This document shows, piece by piece, positions 44,798 through 56,705 of a DNA stretch of 64,000 nt (positions within the stretch are counted from its first letter, which is position 1; each line of letters begins with the position of its first letter). The translations under genes and the position numbers were made by a program. Source of the DNA: an uncultured Planctomycetaceae bacterium (GTDB lineage: Bacteria > Planctomycetota > Planctomycetia > Planctomycetales > Planctomycetaceae); contig CAWFGE010000021.1 of assembly GCA_963815195.1 (NCBI GenBank), forward strand, positions 32,001 to 96,000. Reading direction: 5' to 3'. Below the pieces are notes generated by a model. That model ran no database searches. It was given only the letters and a program-made list of their open reading frames with translations, and was not told where the DNA came from.

Positions 44798-45370
44798 TTA
44801 TTCATCAAGCCTCTTTCCCATACTCACTCGTTCTTCGACGCTGTACCCGAGTGACTCGTAAAATCCAACGGCGTCAGGATGCGACGCGAGAACTTGAAGA
44901 TTGACCTTCAAGCAGCCCCGTTCAACCAGGGCCTGCTCCATTTGACGGATCAGGGCACGGCTGGGCCGTTAGAAATTTGGTGTTGACGACGATTTGTCTT
45001 TGCGCAGCTTTTCGACCGTTCGTAAATCAATTTAAGAAAAAGGACCGAAGGTCCGGCCCTATGTCAGCCCAACGGGGCGGCCCGAAATCGGAAATACGCA
45101 ATGCCTTGTTCCGTGGCGAGAGTTGCCACATCGGGCCGCCCCCTTGGGGCTTGCGTTTCATGGATCATCCGTAACCCAGGGCGGCGCTGCGCTGGCCCTG
45201 GGCTAAGAGAGAGCCGGGCCTTCGGCCCGAATGCTTTCCAAAAAAACGAGAACAAAGGTGGCGCAAGCCAGAAACCCGGCGGCGGAACCCGGAATGAACC
45301 GCAACGGCGTAGAGCCAACCTCGGTGGCCGTCGTAGCCGCCCATCACCGTTCCCACAATCCGCCCGTTCC
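44798..45370 (-). pseudogene. YpeA-like GNAT acetyltransferase pseudogene, split by an insertion of about 310 bp and 5'-truncated
   Basis: Manual translation: [30 protein letters not shown] (about 45274-45370) and RALIRQMEQALVERGCLKVNLQVLASHPDAVGFYESLGYSVEERVSMGKRLDE* (44798-44959). Confidence 0.85.
45037..45231. mobile_element. REP/MITE-like element, copy 2 (internal-deletion derivative of 28771-29060), inside the GNAT pseudogene
   Basis: Shares AAAAGGACCGAAGGTCCGGC.CTATGTCAGCCC and CCGTAACCCAGG..GGCGCTGCGCT.G.CCTGGGCT...GCCGGGCCTT.G.CCCGAA with copy 1. Confidence 0.75.
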
Positions 45371-45591
45371 CCGAGGATCATTTTTGCTTGATCGCGGGCC
45401 TCAGTTGCCGTCAGTTCTGGCCAGCTTCCCAGCTTCGTGCGGTTCTTCCTCCCGTTTGCCCACGCATCCCGATACCACACCTTTTTTTGCTTTGCGGATA
45501 CCGACAACGCGAACCCCTTTAACTCATCATCGTAGAGCCAGATTGCCTTGTCCGTCGGGTTTTTTGCTTCCTGCTTCCGGGTTTCCATCAT
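45370..45591 (-). pseudogene. Tyrosine integrase remnant (Arm DNA-binding domain only)
   Basis: IWLYDDELKGFALSVSAKQKKVW...[23 protein letters not shown]; no core or catalytic domain follows. Confidence 0.75.
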
Positions 45592-45925
45592 CTATCCCCC
45601 GAAAAACAGGCACAAAACAAACCATGCCAAACCGCAACAATCCGATTTTGACCGGAAACCTGGGACCAAATACTTCCGGGTTTATTTATTGGACTCCTGA
45701 ATTTATCCGGCCGGAGTTTGGTCGATCCGTTTCCCTATTGTAACTCTTGCAATTCGACCCCGCGCCGAGATCTCTGTTGACCCACAGACGAATTCCAGCT
45801 AATGGACTTTTTTGATTTGCACAAATTGGCCGAAACTCCCAAAGTCGCTTTGATCCGCTGCAAATCGGTAATTCGCGGCCTCGACGATGGCGTTCTTTCG
45901 AGGTTGCGAATGGGGGATATTCCTG

Positions 45926-47382
45926 ATGTCGCTATCGTCTCGCTCTAAACAATCCGACATCCACTCGCTGGATGCCTCGCGGTTGGTGACGCAGGGCAGC
46001 TTGTTGGATTTTCCCGAAGATCCCATCCGCTGCATGCGCGCGCTCTACGATCGCCACGGCGAACTCGCGGCGCTCCAGGACGGCACCCAGAAAATCGTGT
46101 TCGTGTTCGGGCCGAAGTGGAACCAGACCGTGCTCAACGACTCGGCCCGTTTTCATTCGCGGTTTTTCGCGCTCCGCGGCGGCAAGCGGTCGGCCCACCG
46201 CCGGCTCACGAGCGGGCTGTTGAGCATGAACGGCCCCGAACACAAAGAGCACCGCCGGATGGTGATGGGACCGTTCCAAAAACTGGCCGTGCGGAACCAC
46301 CTCGCCCCGGTCGCCGAGCACACCCAGCAGATGTTGGGCGAATGGACCGTCGGTGAAACGCGGGACATCAACGTGGACATGACGCAGTTCATGCTCCGCG
46401 TGACAAGTTCGATTTTATTCGGCGTCGATCAGCCCGAACTCGCCCACCACATCGGCGAGATGATCGACGTCTGGGTGCGGATGAACCACCAGATCGGCAT
46501 GGGGGCCTTGGTGTCCGATCCCTCCTTCACCCAAGGCTACGACCGGCTCTTGACGTTGGCCGAGGATCTGGAAGGGGCGCTCCGCACCATGATCCATCTC
46601 AAACGCTCGAGCGGAAAGTTGGGGCACGATGTGCTGTCGCTTTTGCTGGAGGCCCACGCGGACGGCGGAAAACTATCGGACGAGGAACTGCTCGGCCACG
46701 TGGCGCTTCTGTTTGGGGCCGCCCATCTCACCACCGCCCATACGCTGAGCTGGACGCTGTTCCTGTTGGCGCAGCATCCCGCGATTATGCGGCAGGTCTG
46801 GCAAGAACTCGAAACCAAGGTTTCAGGCCCCGCCCCGACGCTCGAGGAAGTTGCCCAACTGGAAATTCTCGACCGGGTCCTTAAGGAAAGCATGCGAATC
46901 CTGCCGGCGTCGGGCTATTTGCAGCGGATGTGTGCGGAGGATATCTGCAGCTCGGCCCGTTCCGGCTCACGCGGGGTTCGGCGATTGTGTTCAGCCAGTT
47001 CATCACGCACCACATTCCGGAACTCTATCCCGAACCGGAAGCGTTTCGCCCCGACCGCTGGCTGAGCATCTCGCCGTCACCTTATGCCTATCTCCCCTTC
47101 GGAGCCGGCCCGCGGATGTGCATTGGAGCATTATTGGCGACGATGACGCTCAAAACCGCCATTCCCACGATTTTGAAGCGCTACCGATTGACGCTGGCGG
47201 CGGATGCCGAGGTGGGCGGGGCGATCATCTCCACGATGCTCTGCCCGACGAGCGGGGTGATGATGGAGATTCACGAAGCGGACGGACAATTCGAGAGCCG
47301 GCCCGTCCGCGGGAACATTCACGATCTCGTCACTTTGCCCGACACATCGAAGTCCGGCGCCTCGTCCAGAAAAGCCGCGTAA
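45926..47382 (+). CDS. Cytochrome P450, frameshifted near 46945
   Basis: I-helix GAAHLTTA, KESMR (ExxR), FRPDRW, heme motif PFGAGPRMCIG. Confidence 0.95.
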
Positions 47383-47663
47383 GTTTTCAATTTGCAATGA
47401 GTTATGGTTTATGTTCATCAGCGAGCGATCCCGCACCCCTCTGGCCGCTCGTGCAGATGTTCAAAAAATTCAGAAATGGGAGCCAATCTGAATTTGTGGA
47501 TTTGGGGGACGTTTTTGCGGAGGAGGTTGAATCGCGGGAGCGAAATTGACCGATACTCCCAGTGTTTCGCGAAGGGGCTCGCGATGAAAATGCGTGGGCC
47601 GTTGAGACGTTTTTTTTCAGTCTTAGTGCGGGCAACCACGTTATGAGGGGTGATGGACCTTCG

Positions 47664-49460
47664 ATGCTAGGATGGATCAAGGAGTTGGCCGGTCCGCCCC
47701 CCGACGACTTTCCCCACACCTGCTCGCCTGGGCTGGACGGCGAACGAACGCCTCGCCACTGGTGGTTTTGGGTTGGATTGGTTTTCCTTTGCGCGCTGCC
47801 CCGCATCGTTTTGGCCTGGCTGATGCCGGCCTATTGCAACGATGCCTATTTCTACGTCTATATTGCGGATCATATCACCGAAGGCAATCTGGCTCCCATG
47901 CTCACCAGCCTGGGAATTAACATTTACCCCCTGATCCTCATTGCCGGGCATTGGCTGGGATTCACGTGGACCGGCGGGGGCGTGGTGTGGGGCATCACCG
48001 TGGGCAGTCTCACGGTTCTGCCGCTCTATGGCTGGCTGCGGCGGATCGGCAGCGACCGCCTGGCGTTGGCTGGCTGTTTGCTCTACATCTCGCAGCCGAA
48101 ATTCATCGAGCTTTCGATGGAACCCATCCGCGATTCCACGTTTTGGTTCTTTTTCGTGTTGTGCCTGTACTCGACGTGGCGGGCGATGGAAGCGATGAAA
48201 TTCCGCTGGTGTCTGACCGCGGGAATCGCCTTGACGCTGGCCATCCACACCCGCACGGAAGGCTGGTTTTTGCTGATTCCGCTCGCGTGGTGGCTCTTGG
48301 CCCGGCTCGTCGAAAACCCGGGCCAGCGATTTCGGACCGCGGCCGGCGGCCTGGGATTGTTCGCCATGATCCCGCTGTTTCTGGTGGCCTTCAATCTGAC
48401 GCTGTTGCGGGCCGAGCCGGAATGGCGGTTTGGAAAGCTGAAACACTTTGCGACCGGCTGGGAGTGGTTTTGCGCCCATGTCCAACCGGTTTTCGGTCCC
48501 GGGAACGATCCCGAGCCGCAGACCCCTCCGCCGCGTCCCGCATCCGCGGCCGACGCGCCGCCCGTTCTTGTCGCGGCCAATCCGACTCCGTCGGCTCCCG
48601 CGCCGCCGGCCCCGGCCGCGGAAGTTTTACCCGACGAGCACCCCGCCGCCCCCGCCGTCGCGGTGACGCCGTCGGAACGGCCGATCGGAACGAAGGTCAA
48701 ACGCTTCTTTCAGCAACTGCACAGCACCTTCGAACCGCTGCATTATTTTTTGATCTTGGTGGGACTGTTGGGTTGGCCGCGGCTGCTTTGGCATCGCCGA
48801 TTTCTGCCGCTGTTGCTCTTGTCGGCGATGGTCTGTCTTTCCGTGTGGATTTTGCTGTCGCGGTTCGGCACCTCGAATGGGCGATATTTTCTGACGGCCT
48901 ATCTCGCGCTCCTGCCGCTCGAATCGCTGGCGCTTCTGCAGTTCGTGCATTGGTTTCATGAAAAGCAAAAGGCCTGGTCGAAGACGGACGGCGGTTGGCG
49001 CTGGGCGGCGACCGCAGCGTGCGCGGTGATCCTCGTGGGATGGATCGACGTATTCATTTACCGCGAAAGCACGCGAAAAGACGAAGTGGCCTTGGCCCAC
49101 TGGCTGAAATCCAAAACCGTCTCGGCTTCCCACGTCGCCGTCGATCCCGGAGCCAAACGGATCGGATACCACTTGCACGACAAGATGCCCGCCGTCATCG
49201 GCACTCCCTTTGAGTTGCCCAATCTCGATCCGAACAATCCGCCGGAAGTGGTGATCGTCTCGAAATGCTGCATTCCGCCCGAACAGCGGGCCGCCTATCG
49301 GGAACTCGCCGCGCGCTTAAAATATCACGTGATGGAACTGCCGGCGGACTTTCCCAAGTCGGGCCATCTCTGGGTTCTCGTCAAAGATACGCCGCCCGCT
49401 TCCGCCACAAATCACCTCGCCGCCAAGCCTCATTCCCCGCACGCTCCCTTCCGCAATTAG
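47664..49460 (+). CDS. GT-C fold (ArnT/PMT-like) membrane glycosyltransferase
   Basis: NDAYFY after TM1, IYPL, IRDS, TRTEG, GRYFL; many TM helices; Pro-rich insert. Confidence 0.75.
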   Translation: MLGWIKELAGPPPDDFPHTCSPGLDGERTPRHWWFWVGLVFLCALPRIVLAWLMPAYCNDAYFYVYIADHITEGNLAPMLTSLGINIYPLILIAGHWLGFTWTGGGVVWGITVGSLTVLPLYGWLRRIGSDRLALAGCLLYISQPKFIELSMEPIRDSTFWFFFVLCLYSTWRAMEAMKFRWCLTAGIALTLAIHTRTEGWFLLIPLAWWLLARLVENPGQRFRTAAGGLGLFAMIPLFLVAFNLTLLRAEPEWRFGKLKHFATGWEWFCAHVQPVFGPGNDPEPQTPPPRPASAADAPPVLVAANPTPSAPAPPAPAAEVLPDEHPAAPAVAVTPSERPIGTKVKRFFQQLHSTFEPLHYFLILVGLLGWPRLLWHRRFLPLLLLSAMVCLSVWILLSRFGTSNGRYFLTAYLALLPLESLALLQFVHWFHEKQKAWSKTDGGWRWAATAACAVILVGWIDVFIYRESTRKDEVALAHWLKSKTVSASHVAVDPGAKRIGYHLHDKMPAVIGTPFELPNLDPNNPPEVVIVSKCCIPPEQRAAYRELAARLKYHVMELPADFPKSGHLWVLVKDTPPASATNHLAAKPHSPHAPFRN

Positions 49461-49562
49461 AATCACGCGGTCTCGGCTCTCCGCCTTTCTCCTCGGATTT
49501 TGATACAATCGTTTTTGTGCATAACGATTTGTATTTGTTTCGATTCCAGGAGTCTTCGGGCC

Positions 49563-50267
49563 GTGGCTGTTCGGGTGCATTGTCCGGCCTGCCGGGCGGG
49601 CGTGATGGTGTTGAATGCCCGGTATCGGGTGTTTCTCCACTGCCACGAGTGCGGCCGCGAGTTCATGGCAAACGGCGGAGACTCTGCGGACGAATGGGAA
49701 CTCCTGGAAACCGACGAGCCGGAACAGCCGGCCTCGGAACCTGACGATTGGCTTTCGCGGGAGCCGGAACCCGGTTCGGCGGTGCTTGTGTTCTGTCCGA
49801 TGTGCGGCGAGTTGGCCCCCGAATTGGCCGACGCTTGCCCCGCGTGCGGCGAGCCGCTGCCCGCGGATCCGCCCGCACCGGCGGTGGAACTCGATCCGCA
49901 GCCTGTTGAGACGCGCCGTTTTCGCCGGCGGGCGCGATGGCTGGGACTGTTGTGGATTTGGCTGGCCTACAGCGTGGCGTTCCACGACATTTGGGTGGGC
50001 GGCCAGGAACTGGCGATCCCGCGGCTGCTCCTCGCGCGAAACATCGTGATTCCCGAAATCCCGCTCTTGGCCACCGGCTTGATCTGCCTGGCGGCATTCG
50101 CCTTGGCGGGGCAATTCTGGGCCATCGCGGCGGGCGGGTTTTTGAATTATCTCGTCCTGTTCCTCGTCGTATGGACCGCGAACCCGTTGAGCGTGGGCCT
50201 GTTGGCAGCGTCTATTTTTCTGACGCATTGGACGCTCCTCTACCCGCCCGCGGCGCGAACCCAATAA
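49563..50267 (+). CDS. Zinc-ribbon membrane protein
   Basis: CPAC/CHEC and CPMC/CPAC pairs plus C-terminal TM helices; GTG start uncertain. Confidence 0.65.
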   Translation: MAVRVHCPACRAGVMVLNARYRVFLHCHECGREFMANGGDSADEWELLETDEPEQPASEPDDWLSREPEPGSAVLVFCPMCGELAPELADACPACGEPLPADPPAPAVELDPQPVETRRFRRRARWLGLLWIWLAYSVAFHDIWVGGQELAIPRLLLARNIVIPEIPLLATGLICLAAFALAGQFWAIAAGGFLNYLVLFLVVWTANPLSVGLLAASIFLTHWTLLYPPAARTQ

Positions 50268-50315
50268 AATCCGCAGCCTCCTCGGCGAAGAGTTTCCCGG
50301 GCAAAGGCGGTCGCA

Positions 50316-51820
50316 TTAGCCGCTGGTGGTTGTGGAGCCGACTTTGGCGTTGGGCATGGGGCTCGTGGGAGCCAGTTCGGGAAGGCTGGGGACGAGTTTG
50401 TGATTGGACGGCTGATGATCTTGCAGCCATTTGGCGAGGTTCGAGATCAATTGATCGGGAATCTTCTGGTTGGCAGCCCGCGTCCCTCCTTCTTTGGGGG
50501 GATCCAGCCGTCCTGCGTGACGACGTGCGAGGCGATGGGCAGCAATTCGGTGTACGCATCTCGAACGGCATTGCCGAGCCCCTTGGCATTCAGTCCCGGC
50601 GGACGCTTGCTGCCGAAGAGCTTCATTTCCTGCTCGCTCACCGGATGAAAGGCGAAATACAAATCCGAAAAGCAGTCGAGCCAGTAGTAGGCGTCGGGGT
50701 CTTTTTGATATTGAAGGGCCATTTCGTTTTCGAGCAGCAGAATCTGAAATACGAGTTTCTCGGCGTTGATGCCGGGCGGGAGGTGGCAGCGGCCCAAAGC
50801 CCGCGCCGCGCGAGCCCTGACACACAGGTCCCGCTCTTTGTCCACGAGCACTTCGCTCAAGGCTTCGAGGATGATCGGCTTGCCGGAGTTGACATCGTTT
50901 TGAAAGTCCAATTCGCCCAGGGCGTCCAAGAGCCGTTTTTGATACCACTCGTGGGCGTTCGGGTCCTGAAGCTGAGCAATCAGCGCGTCGGCCATGGAAT
51001 TCCTCGTGGCGACGTCCAGGTCGGTGAGCGGGCTGAGCATGCCGATGCGACCGAGGCCGATGGCGGCTTGAATTTTCACGGCTTGCAGCTGCTCGTCGAT
51101 TCCGCCGCCGGTCTTGGTTTTGAGCACTTCCACAAGCGGAAGGGCCGCCTTGGCATAGGCGTGCTCTTCGATCTGTTTTTTGGCGTCTTCGTCGGTGAGA
51201 TTCAAATTGGCGAGGATGATCGCCGCGTTCAGGCGGACGTAAAAGTTGTTCTTCAAAAGCTCGGTCGCGCGTTTGGTGACTTCTTGGCACAAATAATAGC
51301 GAAAGGCTTTGACGTCTTTTGCCGGAACATCGCGGGCAATGCCCGCATAGCTGAACTCACGCGAGAATTGGGCTCGAAGTTCGTGCAGGCTTCGGCGTTC
51401 CTTCTTCAGAGTCATTTGATACAAACGCTGCTTGGCCCACTTTTCGATGATCTTCTTGTTCGCGTCGGTCAGTTGGGCGTTGCGGAAAACGGTGTTGGGT
51501 TTGTCTGCGCGAAGCTCTCGTTCCAACTGGTTGCTTTCCGCTTCGGTGATGAGTTCTTCGCTGAATTTCATCACCGGCGGAATAGCGCGGGGCGGTTGGT
51601 AGCCGGGCGGCAAATCCGGCTTGGCGTCTTCGGGCGCTTTTTTGTCCGGGGGGGCCGGTTTCGCGGGGGCGGCTTCTTGAGCCGAGGCTCCCACAACGCC
51701 CCAACCGCACGCCAAGACACAGAGAACGCACGCGGCCCCTGTTTTCCAGGGCGCTTTTGTAGCCGATTTATGCAAAAGGGGGTCTTTTCGCGTTAACGAG
51801 GATGGGGTCGATCGTCGCAC
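50316..51820 (-). CDS. Secreted HEAT-repeat-like protein (start uncertain; probable frameshift near 50480)
   Basis: Signal-like segment ending ASA-Q; NFYVRLNAAIILANL, VKIQAAIGLGRIG, VRARAARALGR. Confidence 0.7.
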
Positions 51821-52310
51821 CGAAAGCCTCTACGATTTCAAAGAGATGCCAAGGGAGATCGGAGGGATGGAGACATCACCCCAACCGAGCTGATTGGCCC
51901 GTGGTTTTCAGGGTACAGTTCCCACTGGTTTTTTTCCAGGTCCATTCGCTTCGATTCCCAAACCGCCAGCGAGGTGGGGACGAATAAAAGGAATGGGATG
52001 AGGGGTCCCATCGCCCGGCCGCGGACGGGAAATCATCAAGAAAGGAGTTGAAAGGGAACCCCGCGACGTTCGGTTCACCGTATCATTCCCATTCTAGGGC
52101 TGTCAAGCTGTAAAGCGTGTTCTCGGCGGGCTTTCCAAGGTTCATTTCTTTCCGAGACGCGGGGGGACAAGCGGACGCGGGGAGCGTTATAATAGATATG
52201 CAGCCAACCGGAGACGTCGTTCGCCAAAAATCGGCGGTTTTTTCGCGGGACGACTCCGCTGTTTTTTCGGATAGGGATCTAAAACTCGCCGCGGCCATGC
52301 ACCGGAGTCG

Positions 52311-53261
52311 ATGATGGCGATTTTGTTCAAGGACGACGTGTTTCTGGAACACGAGACGGGTCCGCATCCCGAATGTGCCGACCGCTTGCGCTCCATCTCT
52401 GCCCGATTGAAACGAGACGGCATCGAGCCGCGGTTTGCCCGGGGAACAATTCGCGTCGCGACGCTCGATGAACTCCAGCGAGTGCACGCCCCGGACTACA
52501 TCCACCGCGTCGAGGAATTTGCCGAACGCGGCGGCGGCCGCATCGAAGCCGACACCGTCCTCAGTCCGAAATCTTACGACGTCGCCTTGCGGGCGGCGGG
52601 CACGGCAATCGAGGCGGTCGATCAGGTTTTATCCGGACAACACGAACAGGCGGTGTGTTTGATCCGGCCGCCCGGACACCATGCGCTCCATGCCGGGGCG
52701 ATGGGGTTTTGCTTGTTCAATAACGTCGCGGTTGCGGCCCGGCATGCTCAAAAAGCCCACGGACTCGACCGCGTGTTGATCGTGGATTGGGACGTGCACC
52801 ACGGCAACGGCACCCAGGATGCGTTTTATCAGGACGGGCAGGTGTATTTTTTCTCGGCCCACCGCTGGCCGTTCTATCCGGGAACCGGGGCCAAATCGGA
52901 AACGGGGCAAGGCGAAGGCTTGGGCACGATTTTCAATTTGCCGCTCGCGTTCGGCATTTCCCGCAAGGATTATCACGAGGCCTTCGAGAACGTGCTCGCC
53001 GATGCCGCCGCTCGCTGCCGGCCGCAATTGGTCCTGGTGAGCGCGGGATTTGACGCCCACCGCGACGATCCCATTGGCTCCTTGGGATTGGAAAGCGAAG
53101 ACTTCGGCCGGTTGACCCAACTCGTCCTGGACGTGGCCCGCCAGTATTGCGGGGGCCGATTGGTAAGCCTCTTGGAAGGCGGCTACAACCTGGACGCCCT
53201 CGCCGAGTCTGTCGGCGTTCATTTGCAAACCATCGATCGTCAGGGTTCGACGACAAATTGA
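52311..53261 (+). CDS. Histone deacetylase-family (AcuC/APAH-like) Zn-dependent amidohydrolase
   Basis: [45 protein letters not shown]. Confidence 0.96.
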   Translation: MMAILFKDDVFLEHETGPHPECADRLRSISARLKRDGIEPRFARGTIRVATLDELQRVHAPDYIHRVEEFAERGGGRIEADTVLSPKSYDVALRAAGTAIEAVDQVLSGQHEQAVCLIRPPGHHALHAGAMGFCLFNNVAVAARHAQKAHGLDRVLIVDWDVHHGNGTQDAFYQDGQVYFFSAHRWPFYPGTGAKSETGQGEGLGTIFNLPLAFGISRKDYHEAFENVLADAAARCRPQLVLVSAGFDAHRDDPIGSLGLESEDFGRLTQLVLDVARQYCGGRLVSLLEGGYNLDALAESVGVHLQTIDRQGSTTN

Positions 53262-54844
53262 GTGTTGCCGTGGAGGAAGACGTATTCCTGGGCGGGGGCG
53301 ACCTCGTAGAGCAACGACACCTCCGGCGTTTTGAGAGTCCAGCCCGCGGGCCGGCTGGCTTGGAGTTTGGGAGCGGTCGCATTTCCCAAAGTCAGCGGGA
53401 TTTTTTCGTAGTCGAGGCCTTTGACAAACGTGGGCGAGTCCCCGAAGGCTACGGCGAACGGGCGATAGATCGTATTCGATTCCCGGTCCGCGATCCGGTA
53501 ATCCACCGGAACGAACAACGCATCCTGCTCCATGCGAAACCGCACCACCAGAAACCGCTGCCCGTCCGGGGGACTCGTGGGAGTCGCGGCGTCGATTTGT
53601 TTGGCGCTCGCCGCGATGGCGGCCCGGTCGGAAAGGAAGCCGGCGTCCGTCGGCGGGCCGATGATCTGAGCCCAGGCGACCATGCCGGGCAGTTTGTCGA
53701 GGGGCGGACGAAATTTCCCCAACGGGTTCACAGGTTCGGGAACGGCGACGGCCACCGCCGGCGAAAGCGTCAGGTCCAGATCGCCGGCCGGAGGATTCGG
53801 AAAAATCATCAGCACGCTGGTCGTTTTGCCCGGTGCGAGATCGACGCGAAAACCGCCGGAGTCCAAACCGATCAGTTCTTGGTCTTCGTAGCGTTCGCCT
53901 TCGACGATGGTGCTGCCGGCCATCTTCATAGGGGAAACGTCGTCGAAGTGAAAATAGACCGTGCCGTGGCCGCTTGTTCCCGCGCCGCCCTTAAGCGCGA
54001 TGTCGCTGCGTTTGAGTTCGATCGTGATCGGTTTGGGTGCGGTCAAACCGACGGTGACGACGACCGCTTCCACGGGGCTGCCGATGATTTCCACGCGGGT
54101 GCGGGAGCTCTTAATTAACTCGGCGGAAAACTCCGACGAGGCGGCATTGGGGTTGGGATTCGTGATCGAAGTCTTTGAGGTCAGCGTGCCGCCCATCCCG
54201 GACAAGTCCGCCGCGAGGGCCTCGTAGTTGGGAGAGAGCGGGAAAGACCGATTGCCGTGCCACAGCGTGGGGCTCGCGGCTTTCGGGGCGTCGTAGACCA
54301 GAAACACAGTAGGATTCGCGAGTTCGCACTTTTGGATTTTCTGTCCATCGTGCAGGATGCGGTCGGAGGCGCCCGGAACCAGATCGACCCGCTCGCCGAC
54401 GAACGACTCGGCGGAATTGTAAACGCCGCTGGGCCGGCCGAAACCGACGGCGTGCGGGGTGTATTGCTTGCCCGCGATCACGATGCGGTAATCTTTGGGG
54501 ACCAGAGTCGCCGATCCGTTCACGGGAATTCGCACGAACAGGAACTGCTCGCCCTTCAAAGGCGATTGCTGTTCGCGGAGACTTTCCTCTGGGCCGATCT
54601 GCACGCGGATTTTATCGTCCGCATATCCGCTTCCCGTCGGCTGCCCGATGAGCGGGGCCTTGGGCGGGGCGGCTTGGGGGACCGGGGGCGGCTTGGGGGC
54701 GTCGGATTGGCCGGTGTCCGAAGTCGCGGGGGATTGGTCTTTTCCACACGAGCACAATCCCAAAACCAGGAGAAGGCATCCAATCCGCAGAAACATTCCA
54801 GGCATCAAATCTTTCCTCCGATTCGCCGGAGAGGGCATGGGCAT
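53240..54844 (-). CDS. Putative lipoprotein with internally repeated Ig-like domains
   Basis: Lipobox-like LCSC, a Pro-rich linker, and N- and C-terminal domains that resemble each other; start uncertain. Confidence 0.65.
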   Translation of the reverse strand: MPMPSPANRRKDLMPGMFLRIGCLLLVLGLCSCGKDQSPATSDTGQSDAPKPPPVPQAAPPKAPLIGQPTGSGYADDKIRVQIGPEESLREQQSPLKGEQFLFVRIPVNGSATLVPKDYRIVIAGKQYTPHAVGFGRPSGVYNSAESFVGERVDLVPGASDRILHDGQKIQKCELANPTVFLVYDAPKAASPTLWHGNRSFPLSPNYEALAADLSGMGGTLTSKTSITNPNPNAASSEFSAELIKSSRTRVEIIGSPVEAVVVTVGLTAPKPITIELKRSDIALKGGAGTSGHGTVYFHFDDVSPMKMAGSTIVEGERYEDQELIGLDSGGFRVDLAPGKTTSVLMIFPNPPAGDLDLTLSPAVAVAVPEPVNPLGKFRPPLDKLPGMVAWAQIIGPPTDAGFLSDRAAIAASAKQIDAATPTSPPDGQRFLVVRFRMEQDALFVPVDYRIADRESNTIYRPFAVAFGDSPTFVKGLDYEKIPLTLGNATAPKLQASRPAGWTLKTPEVSLLYEVAPAQEYVFLHGNTQFVVEP

Positions 54845-55066
54845 TCGTTAGAGTTATCGGCAGTGCGTTCGCAGAACGACAACCGCTGCCCGCAAAGTTT
54901 TATCGTAGGCCATCGTTCGTTCCACTGCCAGAGAAACCGGGAATTGCCCCAGGACCTGCGACCACGCGGGCATGTTTTTCCACAGAAGCGGGTTGAAAAC
55001 GGCCTAAACATTGTGACAGAATCACAAAATCGATTGGGGCATCTCCTTTTTGAAGAGGACGAGATT

Positions 55067-55666
55067 ATGAAACGGACGTTACTGTTCGCTGGTCTGCTGG
55101 GATTCGCGATGGCGTTGGTTCCGCCGGTGGGTTTTTCGAATATCGGGCCGCCGCCCAATCCGCAGGTCCCGCTCAAGATCACCGCGGATAAAAAAACGAC
55201 GAAGAACCGGTTGATCATTCCCCGCAAGTTCCTGGAAAAGTCGGGAGCCGTCGGTTTGCGCGGCACCGCCGATGACGGTGCCAACCTGCGGACCGTGATT
55301 GCCGGTCTCGCGATTTCGGTCAGCGTTGTCTGCTTCGTGTTTTTATTGATCCGCCGCAAACACCGCGCGGCCCAGGCGATGGCGCTGCTCGCGGCGCTCG
55401 GCGGTGCGGGAGTTGTGTGGGTCAACCGGGCGTCGGCAGACCTGCCGCCTTCGATTTCCCGGATTCCCGAACAATGGACGCGGGTCGCCAAAGGAGATCG
55501 AAGTGTGACCATCGAAATCACCGACAAGGGCGACGCGGTGGAGTTGATTCTCGGCACGAAATACCGCGGCAACGGCGGCCAGCGCGAACCTCGGCCCTTT
55601 GAGGAACCCCCCGGATCCAAACCGGAAACAAGCGCCAAGCCAAAAGCCGAACCCAAGCCGGAATAG
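55067..55666 (+). CDS. Exported/membrane hypothetical protein with two signal-peptide-like segments
   Basis: GAGGA RBS; MKRTLLF...GFS|NIGPPP; TM ending in RRK; then a hydrophobic segment ending ASA|DLPP. Confidence 0.75.
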   Translation: MKRTLLFAGLLGFAMALVPPVGFSNIGPPPNPQVPLKITADKKTTKNRLIIPRKFLEKSGAVGLRGTADDGANLRTVIAGLAISVSVVCFVFLLIRRKHRAAQAMALLAALGGAGVVWVNRASADLPPSISRIPEQWTRVAKGDRSVTIEITDKGDAVELILGTKYRGNGGQREPRPFEEPPGSKPETSAKPKAEPKPE

Positions 55667-55684
55667 CATCTGCAGGGGCAAAGC

Positions 55685-56702
55685 ATGAGCACGCAACTTG
55701 CCATTGCCGAAACCCGCGCCCCGGTCGCTCGCGGAACCGTTGCGTTTGCCGGGTGCGTGCTGGGGCTGGCGGCGGCTTCCTGCACGCTCGCGGGATTTGC
55801 TCCCTTGGGATTTTCGATTGTGACAGTGTTTCTGTTCGCCGGTCCGCACAACTGGATGGAAGCCCGCTTCTTTCTCTCGCGAATGCCCGCGACCTGGACG
55901 CGGCTCAAGTGGTATTTCCTGTTGGGCATCGCCGGCGTGCTGGGGTTGTCGCTCGGGAGTTTGCTGTTTCCTTCGTTCGCCAGGAGCGGCGCCTGGCGGT
56001 GGGAGGATTGGCTGTTCGCCATCGCGTGTTGGAACACCTCGCTGGTCGCGTGGATTCTCATGATGGCGGCCTATCGGCACCGGGAAGCCCCGGCCGAGAA
56101 ATGGCTGTGGATCTTTCCCGCCGGGTTTGCACTCGTCGCGGTGACTTGGATTCATCCGCTGGCGTGGAGTTTGGCACTTGTCTATTTGCATCCATTGGTG
56201 GCGCTCTGGTTTTTGGATCGGGAATTGGGCCGCCGGCGTCCGCAGTGGAGAACGGCGTATCGCCGCTGTCTGCTGCTCGTGCCGATGTTCCTGGGCGTGT
56301 TGTGGTGGCGGCTGGCCGGGGCTCCGCCGCTCCCTGGCGAGGATTTGCTGACGATGCAGATCACACACCACGCCGGGCGCGAATCTGCTTACCGGCGTTT
56401 CCAACCGATTTTTGGTGGCGGCGCATACGTTCCTGGAGATGCTGCATTACGCGGCGTGGATTGCGGCGATTCCGCTCGTGGGCTATGCCGGGACGCCTTG
56501 GACTTTGAAAAAAGTCCCGCTGGCCCAAAAGTCGCACCGCTGGAAAGCCGCGATCGCCGGGGCGCTATTGATCGGGGCGGGTGTCACGTTCCTGTTGTGG
56601 GCGGGGTTTCTCGCGAATTACCCGTTGACCCGCGACATCTACTTCAGCGTGGCGATTCTGCACGTCCTCGCCGAGATTCCTTTCTTGTTGCGATTGTTTT
56701 GA
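55685..56702 (+). CDS. His-rich polytopic membrane protein, possible metalloenzyme, frameshifted near 56390
   Basis: FAGPHNWME, YLHP, THHAG, AHTFLEMLHY, LHVLAE within or next to TM helices. Confidence 0.7.
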
Positions 56703-56705
56703 GCC

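Noticed and set aside
45592..45880. tRNA or att site beside the integrase remnant
   Set aside because: No cloverleaf or tRNA 3' duplication could be identified
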